This document shows, piece after piece, positions 1 through 10,745 of a stretch of 60,184 bases of DNA (the stretch's first letter is position 1; each line of letters begins with the position of its first letter). The position numbers and the translations under genes are program-made. The stretch covers positions 1 through 60,184 of the forward strand of contig JYFJ02002255.1 of NCBI GenBank assembly GCA_000934665.2, given 5' to 3'. The stretch is from Catajapyx aquilonaris (Eukaryota). The notes below the pieces were generated by a model that saw only the letters and a list, made by a program, of their open reading frames with translations, did not search any database and had not been told where the DNA came from.

Positions 1-85
1 CATCAGCACCTGAATTTGGTACTGAATCGTTGACGACTAAACTAGCCGCCTCCAGACAATCGGATTCACCGATACGAGCACCACC

Positions 86-740
86 TACTGTGTCACCTCT
101 AATTCGACCAAATGGGTACAGCCCAATTTATCGGTCAAAACGTGCTTGTACTTAGTACAGCGTGCAGCAAGTTTTTATCCGACTCGCCAAGGTCAGTTGT
201 TTCGACTAATTTCGAAACCGGGTCATAAGTGTCAGTTGTCATCAACTCCGCACTTTCGACCGGCCTGCAAAACGGTATTATCCGTTGTGGTTCCAGCCCG
301 AGAGTCCAACCTCTCTCTTTCATGTGTACCGACAAGTTTGTCGCGGTCATGAAATTTCTGCCGAGAATAATCTCTTTCGATAATGTAGGTAACAACAAAA
401 ACTTTTGTTTCCGTTTCCCACCGGGCCAATTGATCCATATGGTAACTGTACCACATGTCTCAACTTGCCCTGAAGCAAGGTGCAATTTACACCTTTCTTC
501 TCTGACCACCACATTATGCTTTTTACATAATGCGATAGCCTGATGACCTAACAATGACACGGTACTTCCGGTGTCCAGTAAGGCATCAAATTCATTACCA
601 AGGATACTGATCCTTATTAATGGTTCTGTCGGGCGCCACTCCCCATCAGCATCATCAGCTGATTCAGGGAGAATTTTATATGACGGCGGTAAATCTGTCG
701 CTTTTTTCTGGCCACATTTTACCGCCCGCCATCGTTTTTT
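86..740 (-). pseudogene. pol: pol N-terminus: retropepsin aspartic protease plus frameshifted start of the RT region
   Basis: ALLDTGSTVSLL active site and ILGRNF second motif. The frame stops at 135; the pre-RT linker continues in another frame from ~152 and stops again at ~86. Confidence 0.85.
685..740 (-). promoter_or_regulatory. -1 programmed ribosomal frameshift signal (slippery heptamer plus stem-loop)
   Basis: A_AAA_AAC in the gag frame (740-734), 7 nt spacer, then stem GGCGGTAAA...TTTACCGCC. The pol frame is -1 relative to gag. Confidence 0.8.
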
Positions 741-2161
741 CCACGTCCACCACGTGGTGTAGGCTTTTGTCCCCTCTGTGGACATTCTGCCTGCAGGTGG
801 GATTCATCTTGACAAATCCAACACCTTCTTGGACCCTGGTTGTAACCACCACGTCCACGTGATCGCTGTTGCGATCCACCCTGTTTGGACTGTTGGCCAC
901 TCTGACCACGTCCACGTGCCGCCACACCTGTACCAGGTGTGTACCTGTGGCATCCATATGGATCCAGACTACTGTACTCAAGTACAGGACATCCAGAACC
1001 TTCGTTACGGGAGCTCATGACCGCTCCGGTCATGCCCGATGTCTGGTCATTCCTGGTAACAGGATCTGACCATGCCAGTCGAGGTGCAACTGAAGTAGAT
1101 GCATCTCTTGGAGGTGCCCATGATCGATTGATCATCAGGTCCTCCATTGCTGCTGGTGCAGCCTGCACTAATTCCCTTAGAGACGTAAATGTACGCCCCC
1201 GGAAATATGTGCGCAGTTCAGGATGCAATCTGCGCATGATGAACTGCACCCTTTCAAGCTGGTCAGCCTCCGGCTTGACCTGCTCAAAATAGCCCTGAAT
1301 GGCCGTGATAAAATGGGTAAGCGGCTCAGCACTTGCTTGAGTGCGCTTTTCCATCTCTTCCCGGAGCTGGAATGCATATCCAACGCATTCGAACTCCGCC
1401 CTGAAAGCAGACACAAAGGTGTCCCAATCGTCAAAACCGCCATGCAGTTCGTACCAGGCCAATGCCTGACCGTCAAGAGCGGTCGGCATGACCTCCAGGA
1501 GCACTTGCAGTTTAGTGCACTTCAGGATCCGACAATATCTGTCGACCTCCTGTAAAAATTTGAAAGCCGTTTTCGACTTCGAACCATCAAAGAAAAGCTC
1601 CGGTGCAGCACGCACCGGCAACTTCACTTCCCCTCCCACCACCGGTTGTACCGGAAGTACAGGAGGCTGCATCACTGGTACGATAACACTCGTACCATTT
1701 TGTGACGTAATAACGTCACTATGGCCACATTGTTGCGTCTGCAACAATGAACCACCGACAGCAGCCGGCACAGTGGACACCACCGGTACACTTTGTGCCG
1801 CAGGCAATATGGCACTTTGCGCCAAAGCCTGTTCCTCCAAACCGGAAGTCGATTGACCACCCTGGTTCGGTGCAGACACACTCGGAAGCACAACTTCCGG
1901 TGTACTGTTAGTGCTTGCTGAACAAGCTCCGGACATGTCCGCAAGCTTGCCCTGCAATGCTGCTAGTAATGCAACCTTGTCAGCAAGGTTGTCCACTCCT
2001 AGCAGAGCACGTATCTGCTCATCAGGATCAACAATTGCAGATCCCGAATGCGCATTCTGGTCTTGGAGGATGAGCCCATCCCCCTCGACCTGCTCCGGCG
2101 AAGGCGGCGGGTGACCCCCACCCTGCCCGCCAACACCTCCCAGCTCACCCCCGTCCGCCAT
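719..2161 (-). CDS. gag: Gag polyprotein (capsid plus CCHC nucleocapsid), intact, 480 aa from the first ATG
   Basis: Uninterrupted ORF. Retrotransposon capsid-like segment (ALDGQALAWYE...WDTFVSAFRAEF...KRTQASAEPL), RG-rich region, and C-X2-C-X4-H-X4-C knuckle CWICQDESHLQAEC. Confidence 0.93.
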   Translation of the reverse strand: MADGGELGGVGGQGGGHPPPSPEQVEGDGLILQDQNAHSGSAIVDPDEQIRALLGVDNLADKVALLAALQGKLADMSGACSASTNSTPEVVLPSVSAPNQGGQSTSGLEEQALAQSAILPAAQSVPVVSTVPAAVGGSLLQTQQCGHSDVITSQNGTSVIVPVMQPPVLPVQPVVGGEVKLPVRAAPELFFDGSKSKTAFKFLQEVDRYCRILKCTKLQVLLEVMPTALDGQALAWYELHGGFDDWDTFVSAFRAEFECVGYAFQLREEMEKRTQASAEPLTHFITAIQGYFEQVKPEADQLERVQFIMRRLHPELRTYFRGRTFTSLRELVQAAPAAMEDLMINRSWAPPRDASTSVAPRLAWSDPVTRNDQTSGMTGAVMSSRNEGSGCPVLEYSSLDPYGCHRYTPGTGVAARGRGQSGQQSKQGGSQQRSRGRGGYNQGPRRCWICQDESHLQAECPQRGQKPTPRGGRGKNDGGR

Positions 2162-2239
2162 CTTGCGAGCGGGAGTAGCCCGCAACCTACCTTTCCAAGT
2201 ATTGTCCGTCACCGGGCACGGTTGCACCCGGATTTTTAG

Positions 2240-2252
2240 ACGTTGGGCGCCA
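2240..2252 (-). promoter_or_regulatory. Primer binding site complementary to the tRNA-Lys 3' end
   Basis: TGGCGCCCAACGT lies 3 nt downstream of the LTR end (...TGACA ATA TGGCGCCC). Confidence 0.88.
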
Positions 2253-2255
2253 TAT

Positions 2256-2497
2256 TGTCAGGAACCCCACCTGTAGGGTCCCTGGCTCCGGACTAGCTCC
2301 CGGGTTCAATCAAACACGGACACCGGATGAGGTATAAAATGGTATATCTGTATTTCTCCACAGGCCCGCCTGCACACTCGCAAGGCGGGGAAGGGAATAT
2401 GAGGGAAGGAAAAGAGAAGAAGGGGCGAACCCCCTCCTCGTACATGGTTGCCACTTTTGCTGCCCACCACGTGGCGGAGTTGCCACGTGGTGTCGCA
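2256..2497 (-). repeat. 5' LTR (~240 bp)
   Basis: TG...CA termini (TGCGAC...TGACA), adjacent to the PBS, with AATACA followed by a GT-rich tract. The outer boundary is inferred because the second LTR is not in the window. Confidence 0.7.
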
Positions 2498-2629
2498 ACT
2501 GTCTGCCAAACAATAGAATAAATACCAAAAAATCTTCGCAAATCCTGGGTGAATCCTAGATGAATCATGTTGAATATTATGCCTATATTGCCATAATGTC
2601 CGACCCTTTGAATGAACGAAATATTAATT

Positions 2630-3250
2630 TCAATTGAGGGTAAATAAAACCTGAAAAAGGCAGCAAATGGATATGGTTTTTTTGATATTTCAGTTACGTT
2701 GTTTTGAGGGCAGAAGATGTCTGCGTTACGGATTGGGAATTTGGTTTGGCTTAGTTTAATGGGGGAACCGAAGCAACTCAGGCCATGAGGGAAGGGGGAT
2801 AGAAGGATGGGCGAGAAATCGGACAATCAGGTTAATCATGGACGATGGCGTGCTTTTTGCCGAATGTCCGACCTCATCCAGGGATGGGGTGTATGGACAG
2901 TGAAAGGAAATGATACGGCTACCCTCCCCGGATTTTATCTTTGGTTTTCAGGGATAACAATGTTCCAGTTCTGTATGTACATTGTACAGTTACCAGGATA
3001 CACCTAACTGATTGCTGAAATGCTATGTTATTGCTAAGGTCCGCCGAAGCAAGAGTATAGGCCTACATACAGTACTACCTAGTAGAAATAATTTAATTAT
3101 TATCATTCTAGTGCTCTGGACAAAGATCCTAAAATTCATGTTATATTTTCACGGGAACAACCGATGAGCACACCAAGCAAACAGATGCATGAAATCGACC
3201 ATGGAATGCGACTATGCCTAATTTTGCTCTTCTTTTGACAAACCCCTTGT
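2630..3250 (+). repeat. Copy D (downstream block only) of the local ~2 kb duplicated unit
   Basis: Aligns by eye to 16235-16807 on the same strand and to 7394-7780 and 10329-10865 on the opposite strand. Confidence 0.85.
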
Positions 3251-3361
3251 CACTTTAGCAGCTAATCCCTGGGTAATGTAGGCCTATAACTGGGTACATT
3301 TTGACCCTCGTAGGCTATTTTGAAGACGACGCCTTTGTCGTTGTCAGTGGGATAAATCACT

Positions 3362-4114
3362 CCATCTTGGACAGAAATGACGGCTGCAATTTTTTACTGC
3401 CTCTCACAAGCGAAGAAGTAGCTATACCCGGATATGAACATGGACAGGACTAATTGAGAAACTGATACGGTAGGCCTACTACATAGCTATATACCGGTAA
3501 CTGGTGGCAACGGGTGTGTCGGTCGTCAGACGGTCTTAGCTTCTAACCTATTTCCAGACAGTACAAGAGAGGCAAGACACTGGCTTCAAATGTCACATAA
3601 TTATACTAAGGTAGTTTGTGCACCCTGAAATTACTTACTATACACGAGATGGTACATGTACAATCTTGGTGGTTGATGTTCTTCTGAAACTGCATTCCAG
3701 TGTTCCTGAGTAATGTAACTACTAACTACCGTAGTATAAGTTTCATTTTAAGTTAATTAAATGTACAGTACACTTGATTCTTGCGTAGTGTACTTGATAT
3801 TAGCCTACTACACAGCAAAACTCTTCGATGTAATACAACTAAGCAGTCTTAGCATCAATGGAGAAATGTTTTCCATGGCAGATCATGCAACAATATAACA
3901 AGCCAGTGTCTTGCCTTTCTTGTACTGTCTTGGGGCCCAGGAAATGGGCTAGAGAGCTAGACCGTCTGACGATCGACACTCCCTTTGCCACTTCTAGTTA
4001 CAGGTAGCTGTGTAGTAACGTATCAGTTTCTCAATCAGTGGGTTATATCCGGGTCTACTACTTCGCTTATGAGAGGCAGTAAAAAATCTCAGCCCTCATC
4101 TCTGGCCAAGATGG
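3362..4114. mobile_element. Degraded non-autonomous DNA transposon with ~220 bp terminal inverted repeats
   Basis: 3362-3588 is the diverged reverse complement of 3900-4114 (e.g. ggcaagacactggctt / aagccagtgtcttgcc). No TSD resolved. Confidence 0.7.
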
Positions 4115-4556
4115 CGACTATTTCTTCGCTGTTTCCCCAACACTTCTTCAGAGGTGTCGGAGGAGCAGCAAAGATGTAGGTGACGGGGGGACGGAGAGGG
4201 TGAGGAAGGAGGGGAGAATCACTTTTTTAAAGAGGGGGCAGTCATGAAAATGAAAAATAAAATAATAATTTAAAAAAGGATAAACCGGCTGTGTTGGACA
4301 TCCCAAATGCACCCACCCTTAATGCTCCCCAAAGTGGGTTAATTTACCTCATAGCAGGGAATTCCATTATTATCAAACATGATAGGACTTCACGTTTTCA
4401 CCCGTAACAATTTATCCGCTGAATTAATTTGCACGGGTACAATTGGAGGTTATCCGGAAAACTTTTTAGGGTGGGATGGGTATGGACCCCGCAGGACGGG
4501 GAGATCCGAGACAGGCCCAAAAATTAGGTTTATGAGGACCACAGAAAAGTATAGGG

Positions 4557-4634
4557 GTGGCGTCCAAAGTCAAAAGGCAGTATCTGGACATTTGCGGGTT
4601 CGTACAGATACTGCCTTTTGCCTTTGGACGCCAC
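4557..4634. repeat. Short hairpin or MITE remnant
   Basis: gtggcgtccaaagtcaaaaggcagtatctg ... cagatactgccttttgcctttggacgccac; 30 bp arms with one mismatch. Confidence 0.8.
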
Positions 4635-5503
4635 AGGGGGTACCCCCCATCTGTCGGATTATTATCTGGAATGAATCTGGTGTGGAGAAAATAATATTAT
4701 CCCCTTCTTCCTGATAAGAGGAGTGCACCAGCCAAATGAATCACAGGTAAGTAGTTGAAGGCAGTAGACGAGTTGATAGAGGCGTCGCCTACTAGTTCAC
4801 GAGGACAGGCGTTCGATACCTCCTCGGAGACATATTTTTTTCCGTCTATTAATCAGGCGGCCACTGAATACAAGATACGCCACTACTTCACAGTGGTGTC
4901 CAGTTGAATATCACGGACTTTTAAAAATGTGAGTGGGGATGCGTAGAACGTCACAATTTTAGATACGCAATTTCGCGAAAGCTTGGCCTCGTCTATATAC
5001 CTTCCTGTCTCTTTCACATCTCTTTTTATTCCCTCTGTCCATCCCTACCCCCTTCCCAAGGTAGGTGGTATTTTTATTTTATAAGAGGGAATCATGTCGG
5101 TGAATCAGTCTGGATCACGGTCTGGATGGGCGACATCTTGTTCTGTCAGTATATCTGCAACCACGTCTGCAACGATTTGCAACTTCTGTCTCACTTATTT
5201 AAGACAGTGAGAAAAAAATGTGCCTGCCTGGGATCGAACGTGGGCCATCAAAATTATTAGGAAGAGGCATACAAGCTACCAGTTGATTCCCACGTCTTGG
5301 AAGTTGTAGATTGACTGCAGAATTATCAGTCATATGACTATAGTGCGGAAAACGAAACGACGATCTGACGTCATCATTTTGTTCTTATGCAACAATAGGC
5401 GTAAACAATGTTCTTTTTGTTGACACTGTTTACCAGCGGCTCTTTAGGGGGGGATTTTTTTTTTTTAACTGGAACTCTTCGTTTCGTTTTTACTGCACTT
5501 TTT

Positions 5504-5691
5504 GGGATAGGATAGGAAAGGAAGGAGGCGGCTGTGGCCTATTAGTTTAGGAAACAACTCCGGAATTTTCCTGGAGGAACCGTGGGAAACCACAGAAAAC
5601 CACGGTTAGAGTTGCCGGCACCGGGGCTCGAACCCAGGACCTCCCGATTAGCAGTCGAATACCATATCCCCTCCGCCACCACTGCTTCGGT
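5504..5691 (-). mobile_element. tRNA-derived SINE, 5' half
   Basis: Homologous to 6650-6827. The minus strand has an A-box-like segment and B box GGTTCGAGCC. Confidence 0.8.
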
Positions 5692-6436
5692 GGTACTGGT
5701 AATTAAACTAATTAATTTCGACTAAAGTCCATTTTTAGACTCCGGGTATTCCTTAAAAACTTGATTACAGTTTCTAATATTTTAGTATTGATTTTAAAAG
5801 GATACAGAATTATATTCCGGCTATTTAAAATGTGGATATGAAATACCCAGGAGGCAGGAGCTTTCCAGAAAATGCTCACTTCATAGTAGTACTAGTTGCA
5901 TACCATTACACTGGGCAACACACATTTTGGTGCCTTGATTTTAAAGCGATTTTAGGGTATATCTGTGGCGCTGATTCTCAAACTGGCATCCGTTTTTCTC
6001 CATCAGCTCCAGTTTTTGAGATATATCGTTTTACAGTTTGGACCGGTTTACTAGGGGTCTTTCCGAATCAAGTGAGCCGAAATCTTTTTACATCATCTCG
6101 GATCTTGGTGAACATAATCACAGATGTATAGATATATGCCACAATGCTGCATATAAAGTTTCAGCCACATTTCGCAATAGCTTTGGGAGGGAAAAAATCG
6201 AGAAACTTTGAAAATGGCCGAAAATGAGGCCTTTATTGGAGAGTTTTTTTTCGGTTAGTGGAATTGGTCTAAACCCAATGAACATAGATGTTATAAGAAC
6301 GAGAAACGCCAGGACAATACGCCTATGGAATTAGTTTTTCTCTAAAATGTAAGAAAAATTTATTTTTACATTTCATTGGTCACTTGCTCAGACACATGCC
6401 CAAAGAATTAGGACCCCGACAATTAGTGATACATTT

Positions 6437-6831
6437 TTTTAATTTATAGATATACCCCGTGCTAGAGCCATGAGCTCTCTTAGGGGAGTGGATTACCACT
6501 ATCGTGCAGGGACAGGGTAGGGATAGGAGGGGGGGACACTGGTGCACGTGCAATGTCATCAAGTTGGGGGTCGTGTGCAGTCTCTCAGGGGGCCCGTTCG
6601 CCAAGATGCGAGTCAGAAACCCCCACTGACCCGCACCTCCTCCAGGGAAGGGAAAGGAAGGAAGCGGCTGTGGCCTATTTTACGGTACTATCCCGGAAAT
6701 TATTCCTGGGGCGACCTTGGAAAACCACAGAAAACCAAGGTCAGGATCGCCGGCCACCGGGATTCGAACCCAGGAACTCCCGATTAGCAGTCGGACACCA
6801 TATCCACTACACCACTACTGCTTCGGTTCAG
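6437..6831 (-). mobile_element. Full-length tRNA-derived SINE (~395 bp) with 14 bp TSD
   Basis: Minus strand: A box TGGTGTAGTGG, anticodon-arm-like CCGACTGCTAATCGG, B box GGTTCGAATCC, A-rich tail. Flanked by direct repeat TTAGTGATACATTT (6423-6436, 6832-6845). Confidence 0.9.
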
Positions 6832-6865
6832 TTAGTGATACATTTGCGTTACAGCAGTCATATTT

Positions 6866-7104
6866 GAGGTCTACGATCAAAGGCGGCTAAGTAAAAAAAC
6901 GGGTCGTAAAATGAATAAAAACTGCTGATTACTTAACTATTACTGGTACAATCTTGTGTACTATTTGCGTCCATATGTTGCCGCGGCTCAGCTCCAGACG
7001 CAAATGTGCAATTAATACCCAATGACATTAAAATACGTTATTGCTGGACGTATTTGTGTTACACACCCCAAAAATGGACTTAGCCGCCTTTGATCTGAGA
7101 ACCC
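6866..7104. mobile_element. Small MITE
   Basis: Perfect 18 bp inverted repeat GATCAAAGGCGGCTAAGT (6875-6892 / 7078-7095); outer ends are degenerate. Confidence 0.65.
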
Positions 7105-7891
7105 TAATTTGGTGACACTATAGTTGTGACCAACACAAGGTTGAGTTTAAGTTTCAGGCCTGGGTCATGCATGGTTCTCCAGAAAATAATAGATATGTTT
7201 TGCAGATATACCATTAATTTATTTCACTGTTCTAAAAAGGACTTTTGTGTTCTTTCTGAAGATATGAATGGTGATTCCTATATAGTACTTTCTGCGCTGA
7301 TTCCATATCCGCACTTAGAATTATGGTGCTGTCAGGCACAGCCTTCGAGATATCCTGTATTTACTAATACTAATATTAGTAATTCATAGGTAATTGGGTG
7401 TCTCCTGGGAACCATGCGGGCAGACCTGGCACATTACTATTAATGAGTACTAGCTGTACTAAAGATACCAGTTCGTGGAGGGTATAGCTGTCTCATTTTC
7501 TTTCACTGTCCAAACACCCCCTCTTTCCTATCCCTGGGTGAGGTCGGACATTCCGAAAAAAAGAGTACCCCATCTCCATGAGTCACTTAATTGTCCGATT
7601 TATCTCCCAGCCTCCTATCCCCTTACCGCATGACCTGAGTTACCTCGGTTCCCCCATTAAACCAAGCCAAGCCAAATTCCCAATCCGTCACGCAGATATC
7701 TTCCGCCCTCAAAAAGACATTACTGAAATGTCAAGAAATAATTTGCATTTGTTATTTTTTGCAGGTTTTAATAAGCCTCAATAGGTAAGAAAACTTCACT
7801 CTAAACATTTGCATAATAAATATGCATCAAGCTGAGTTGTTCCATCACTGGTTTGAAGGTACGGTATGTGTAGATGCGTGACATGGCAAAT

Positions 7892-8972
7892 CTATTCCAT
7901 CTTCATCCTCTTTGTTGGGCCATACTCATCGGGATCTGGCTCATCCCCATCATTGGTGTTCTGCTCTCCACTGCCATCATCCTGGTCCATCTCCTCCTCC
8001 TCCTGGATGTTTGCTGGCAGGTTGTCTGCTCCATCTGGAGGCAGCAAGGGTGAGTTCCCGACGGTACCATCCTCCATGGCATCCTCCATGGCATGACAAG
8101 CCTGATTGGAGGTGCTGGATGTGGAACACTGTTGCTCCCTTAGGCGCATCAACATCGACACTTGGTCGGTCACAAAGTCCAGCATGAGGGTGCAGATTTC
8201 TCTCGGCAGTGCCTGTAATATAGGGAAATTGGCTCTGGATTAAATCATTGGTACCGCATTTCCACTCATTATTATTTGTTCTGAAGACACACTCTGGACC
8301 TACCTCATCGCGTTTGTCTGACATCTTTATTCTGATGGGACAAAACCTCCTGACCTATTTGAAATGAAAAGCGACGTTTTGTTGGGCTGGTTTTCCAGGC
8401 AACCACAGTCAACAGCAGGGTGCCAACCGGGGACCATGAAATATACTCATTATTACAGAGACAGGCAAATAACCTATGCTTTATTCGCGATTATGAGGCG
8501 AGAGTTCGAACAAAACAGATGAATCGTGGGGTGAATTTCGTACGCTTAGGTCTAGAGAGCCTTGAAGAAGACTGAGAGTCGCCAACTTATTATGTAAGGT
8601 CGTCTATGATTGGCTGGAGTAATTTTTTACGTGTCCTATGGGGGCCACCATCTTGAATTGCAATGGAAACAGTATTCTATAATGGTGGCCGAAAGAACGA
8701 TATTCGAATGCCCTCGCACAATTTGGATGCATCCAGAAGGCCTGAACTATACAATTGATATCGATCGTGACGTCAGAGCCGGCCACTGTTTCCGCCGTTT
8801 TAGAATACTGTTTCCATAGCAATTCACGATGGCGGCCATCATAGGACACGTAAACACTCCAAAATGACTCCACCAATCAGAGACGATATTACATAATAAG
8901 TTGGCGACTCTCTTCTTCAATAAGGCTCTCCACTTAGGTCCAATTGCACAACCAGCAGGAAACATTTTCCAG
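7892..8972 (-). pseudogene. Last two exons of an unknown acidic-tailed protein gene, copy A (exons 8972-8304 and 8212-7892)
   Basis: GT-AG intron 8303-8213. Last exon is open (ALPREICTLMLDFV...YGPTKRMKME*). Upstream exon is broken by a hAT MITE, a premature stop and indels. Confidence 0.7.
8553..8932. mobile_element. hAT-type MITE (380 bp)
   Basis: TIR starting TAGAGAGCCTT, ~90 bp imperfect inverted ends, 8 bp TSD CTTAGGTC (8545-8552, 8933-8940). Empty site present in copy B at ~11765. Confidence 0.9.
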
Positions 8973-9112
8973 CTGGAAAAGAGCCCGACAAAATTATTGA
9001 ATTAACTTATTCATTGTTGTCCTAAAGGAGAACCTAAGGAGAACCGGGCCTGGTAAGCTTTGACCCTGCATTTTGGCTGATTATAATAGACTAATAATAG
9101 TATCGTTCTTAG

Positions 9113-9958
9113 AAGGGAACCTCTAGAAGTGTCACTCGAAGTTCAAGGTGAAATATTTTTTTTCGGGTTCCTTATCAGCTAGAAGGACAACACCCTTCTG
9201 GAGAAATCCTCGATCTCAAGTGTTTTCGAGATACAGGGGTCAAAAGGTCAAGAATGGACCACTTTATGAAGGCCCCGAGCGGCCCCGAGGAAGCTATCAT
9301 TAGTGCTATATAGGCGAGATTTTTGGGATCTAGAGGTTTCTTGGGATGGGGAATACAGTGGCATAACCAAAAATCATGAATTATGCACATGAAGGGTAGG
9401 CTACTTCTCAGGAAAGGGGGTGGGAGGTGGGGGGACAAAAATTACTATAAACAAAGTATTATCTACTCCTTACGTCTTTAGACAGCTCTGACTGGACACC
9501 CAAGTTGGTGAATTTCGTCAAGAGGAGTGCTTCAGAAATTCTACATAATTAATGTTTACATGATATAGTTAATGAAATTCACCAACTTGGGTGTCCAGTC
9601 AGTGCTGTCTAAAGACGTAAGGAGTAGAAAATACTTTGTTTATAGTTATTTTTGTCCCCCCACCTCCCACCCCCTCCCCTGAGAAGTACCCTTCATGTGC
9701 ATAATTCATGATTTTCGGTTATGCCACTGTATTCCCCATCCCAAGAAACCTCTAGATTCCAAAAATCTCGCCGATAGCACTAATGATAGCTTCCTCGGGG
9801 CCTTCATAAAGTGCTCCATTCTTGACCTTTTGACCCCTGTATCTCGAAAACGCTTGAGATCGAGCATTTCTCCAGAAGGGTGTTGTCCTTCTAGCTGATA
9901 AGGAACCCGAAAAAATATTTCACCTTGAACTTCGAGTGACACTTCGAGAGGTTCCCTT
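9113..9958. mobile_element. Fold-back DNA transposon with ~400 bp arms and 4 bp TSD
   Basis: Arms 9113-9516 and 9574-9958, 57 bp spacer, termini AAGGG...CCCTT, TTAG on both sides. Absent from the equivalent site of copy C (~14925). Confidence 0.88.
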
Positions 9959-10618
9959 TTAGATAAGGAACAGTGGTGTGTGTTTGAACTTATAAAATAA
10001 GTTTAAAATATTCAAATCAAATCAAACCAATCAAGACTGCTGTTTTCATATATTGTAAGCCTATTGCTCTCTCGAAAAATATTTACATATTCCAATTTTA
10101 ATCTCACAAAATATGAATAAAACATCACTGAAAATACGACTAGCAATACCAGACATGGTATAATCAGTCACAACCTTTAAGCCATCTGAGAAATTAGGAA
10201 TGTGATGGAAAAGGCAGGTAATTGTATTTTTATTCCATGACTAATAGTAGGCCTACTGCCAATATTAATTCCGACAGGCAGGCACAGAGTAGCGAAATGA
10301 ATACACATGGACCTGTAAACTTGGAGTACTTTAGCAATATCAGATTTCAACAATATGTTGGGTGTATCCTCCGATACTCGTAACGGGAAGAACTGGTGCA
10401 CATTGCTATCCCTGAGTACCAAAGATACCGATTCGTGGAGGGTAGCTGTCCCATTTCATTTCACTGTCCAAACACCCCCTCTTCCCCATCCCCGGTTAAG
10501 GTCGGACATTCCGGGAAAGCAGTATGCCATTATCCAAGAGTCACCTGATTGTCCGACTTCTCGTCCATTCTCCTATCCCCTTGCCTCATGGCCTGAGTTG
10601 CCTCGGTTCGCCAATTAA

Positions 10619-10745
10619 GGGCCGGTTTCACCGAGCTTGGTATATGATAAAACCAGGTTTCTTTAGGAAAATCCCATACAAATAGGTAGGGATTTTGAGA
10701 AAGAACCCTGGTTTTATCATATACTGAGCTCGGTGAAACCGGCCC
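10619..10745. mobile_element. PIF/Harbinger-type (Tourist-like) MITE, 127 bp
   Basis: TIR GGGCCGGTTTCACCGAGCT, 3 bp TSD TAA. Copies A, C and D have a single TAA at this site. Confidence 0.9.

Larger units (their letters stand above)
1..2497 (-). mobile_element. Ty3/Gypsy-type LTR retrotransposon, 5' portion (LTR-PBS-gag-pro), continuing off the left edge
   Basis: Minus-strand order is LTR, PBS, gag with CCHC knuckle, then a -1 frame aspartic protease followed by the pre-RT linker (KYKHVLTDKLGCTHLVELE). Protease followed by the RT linker rather than integrase is Gypsy order. Confidence 0.92.
7394..10005 (-). repeat. Copy A of the local duplicated unit (with two nested transposons)
   Basis: Reverse complement of 14878-16610 once the 9113-9958 insertion is removed. 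Confidence 0.9.
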
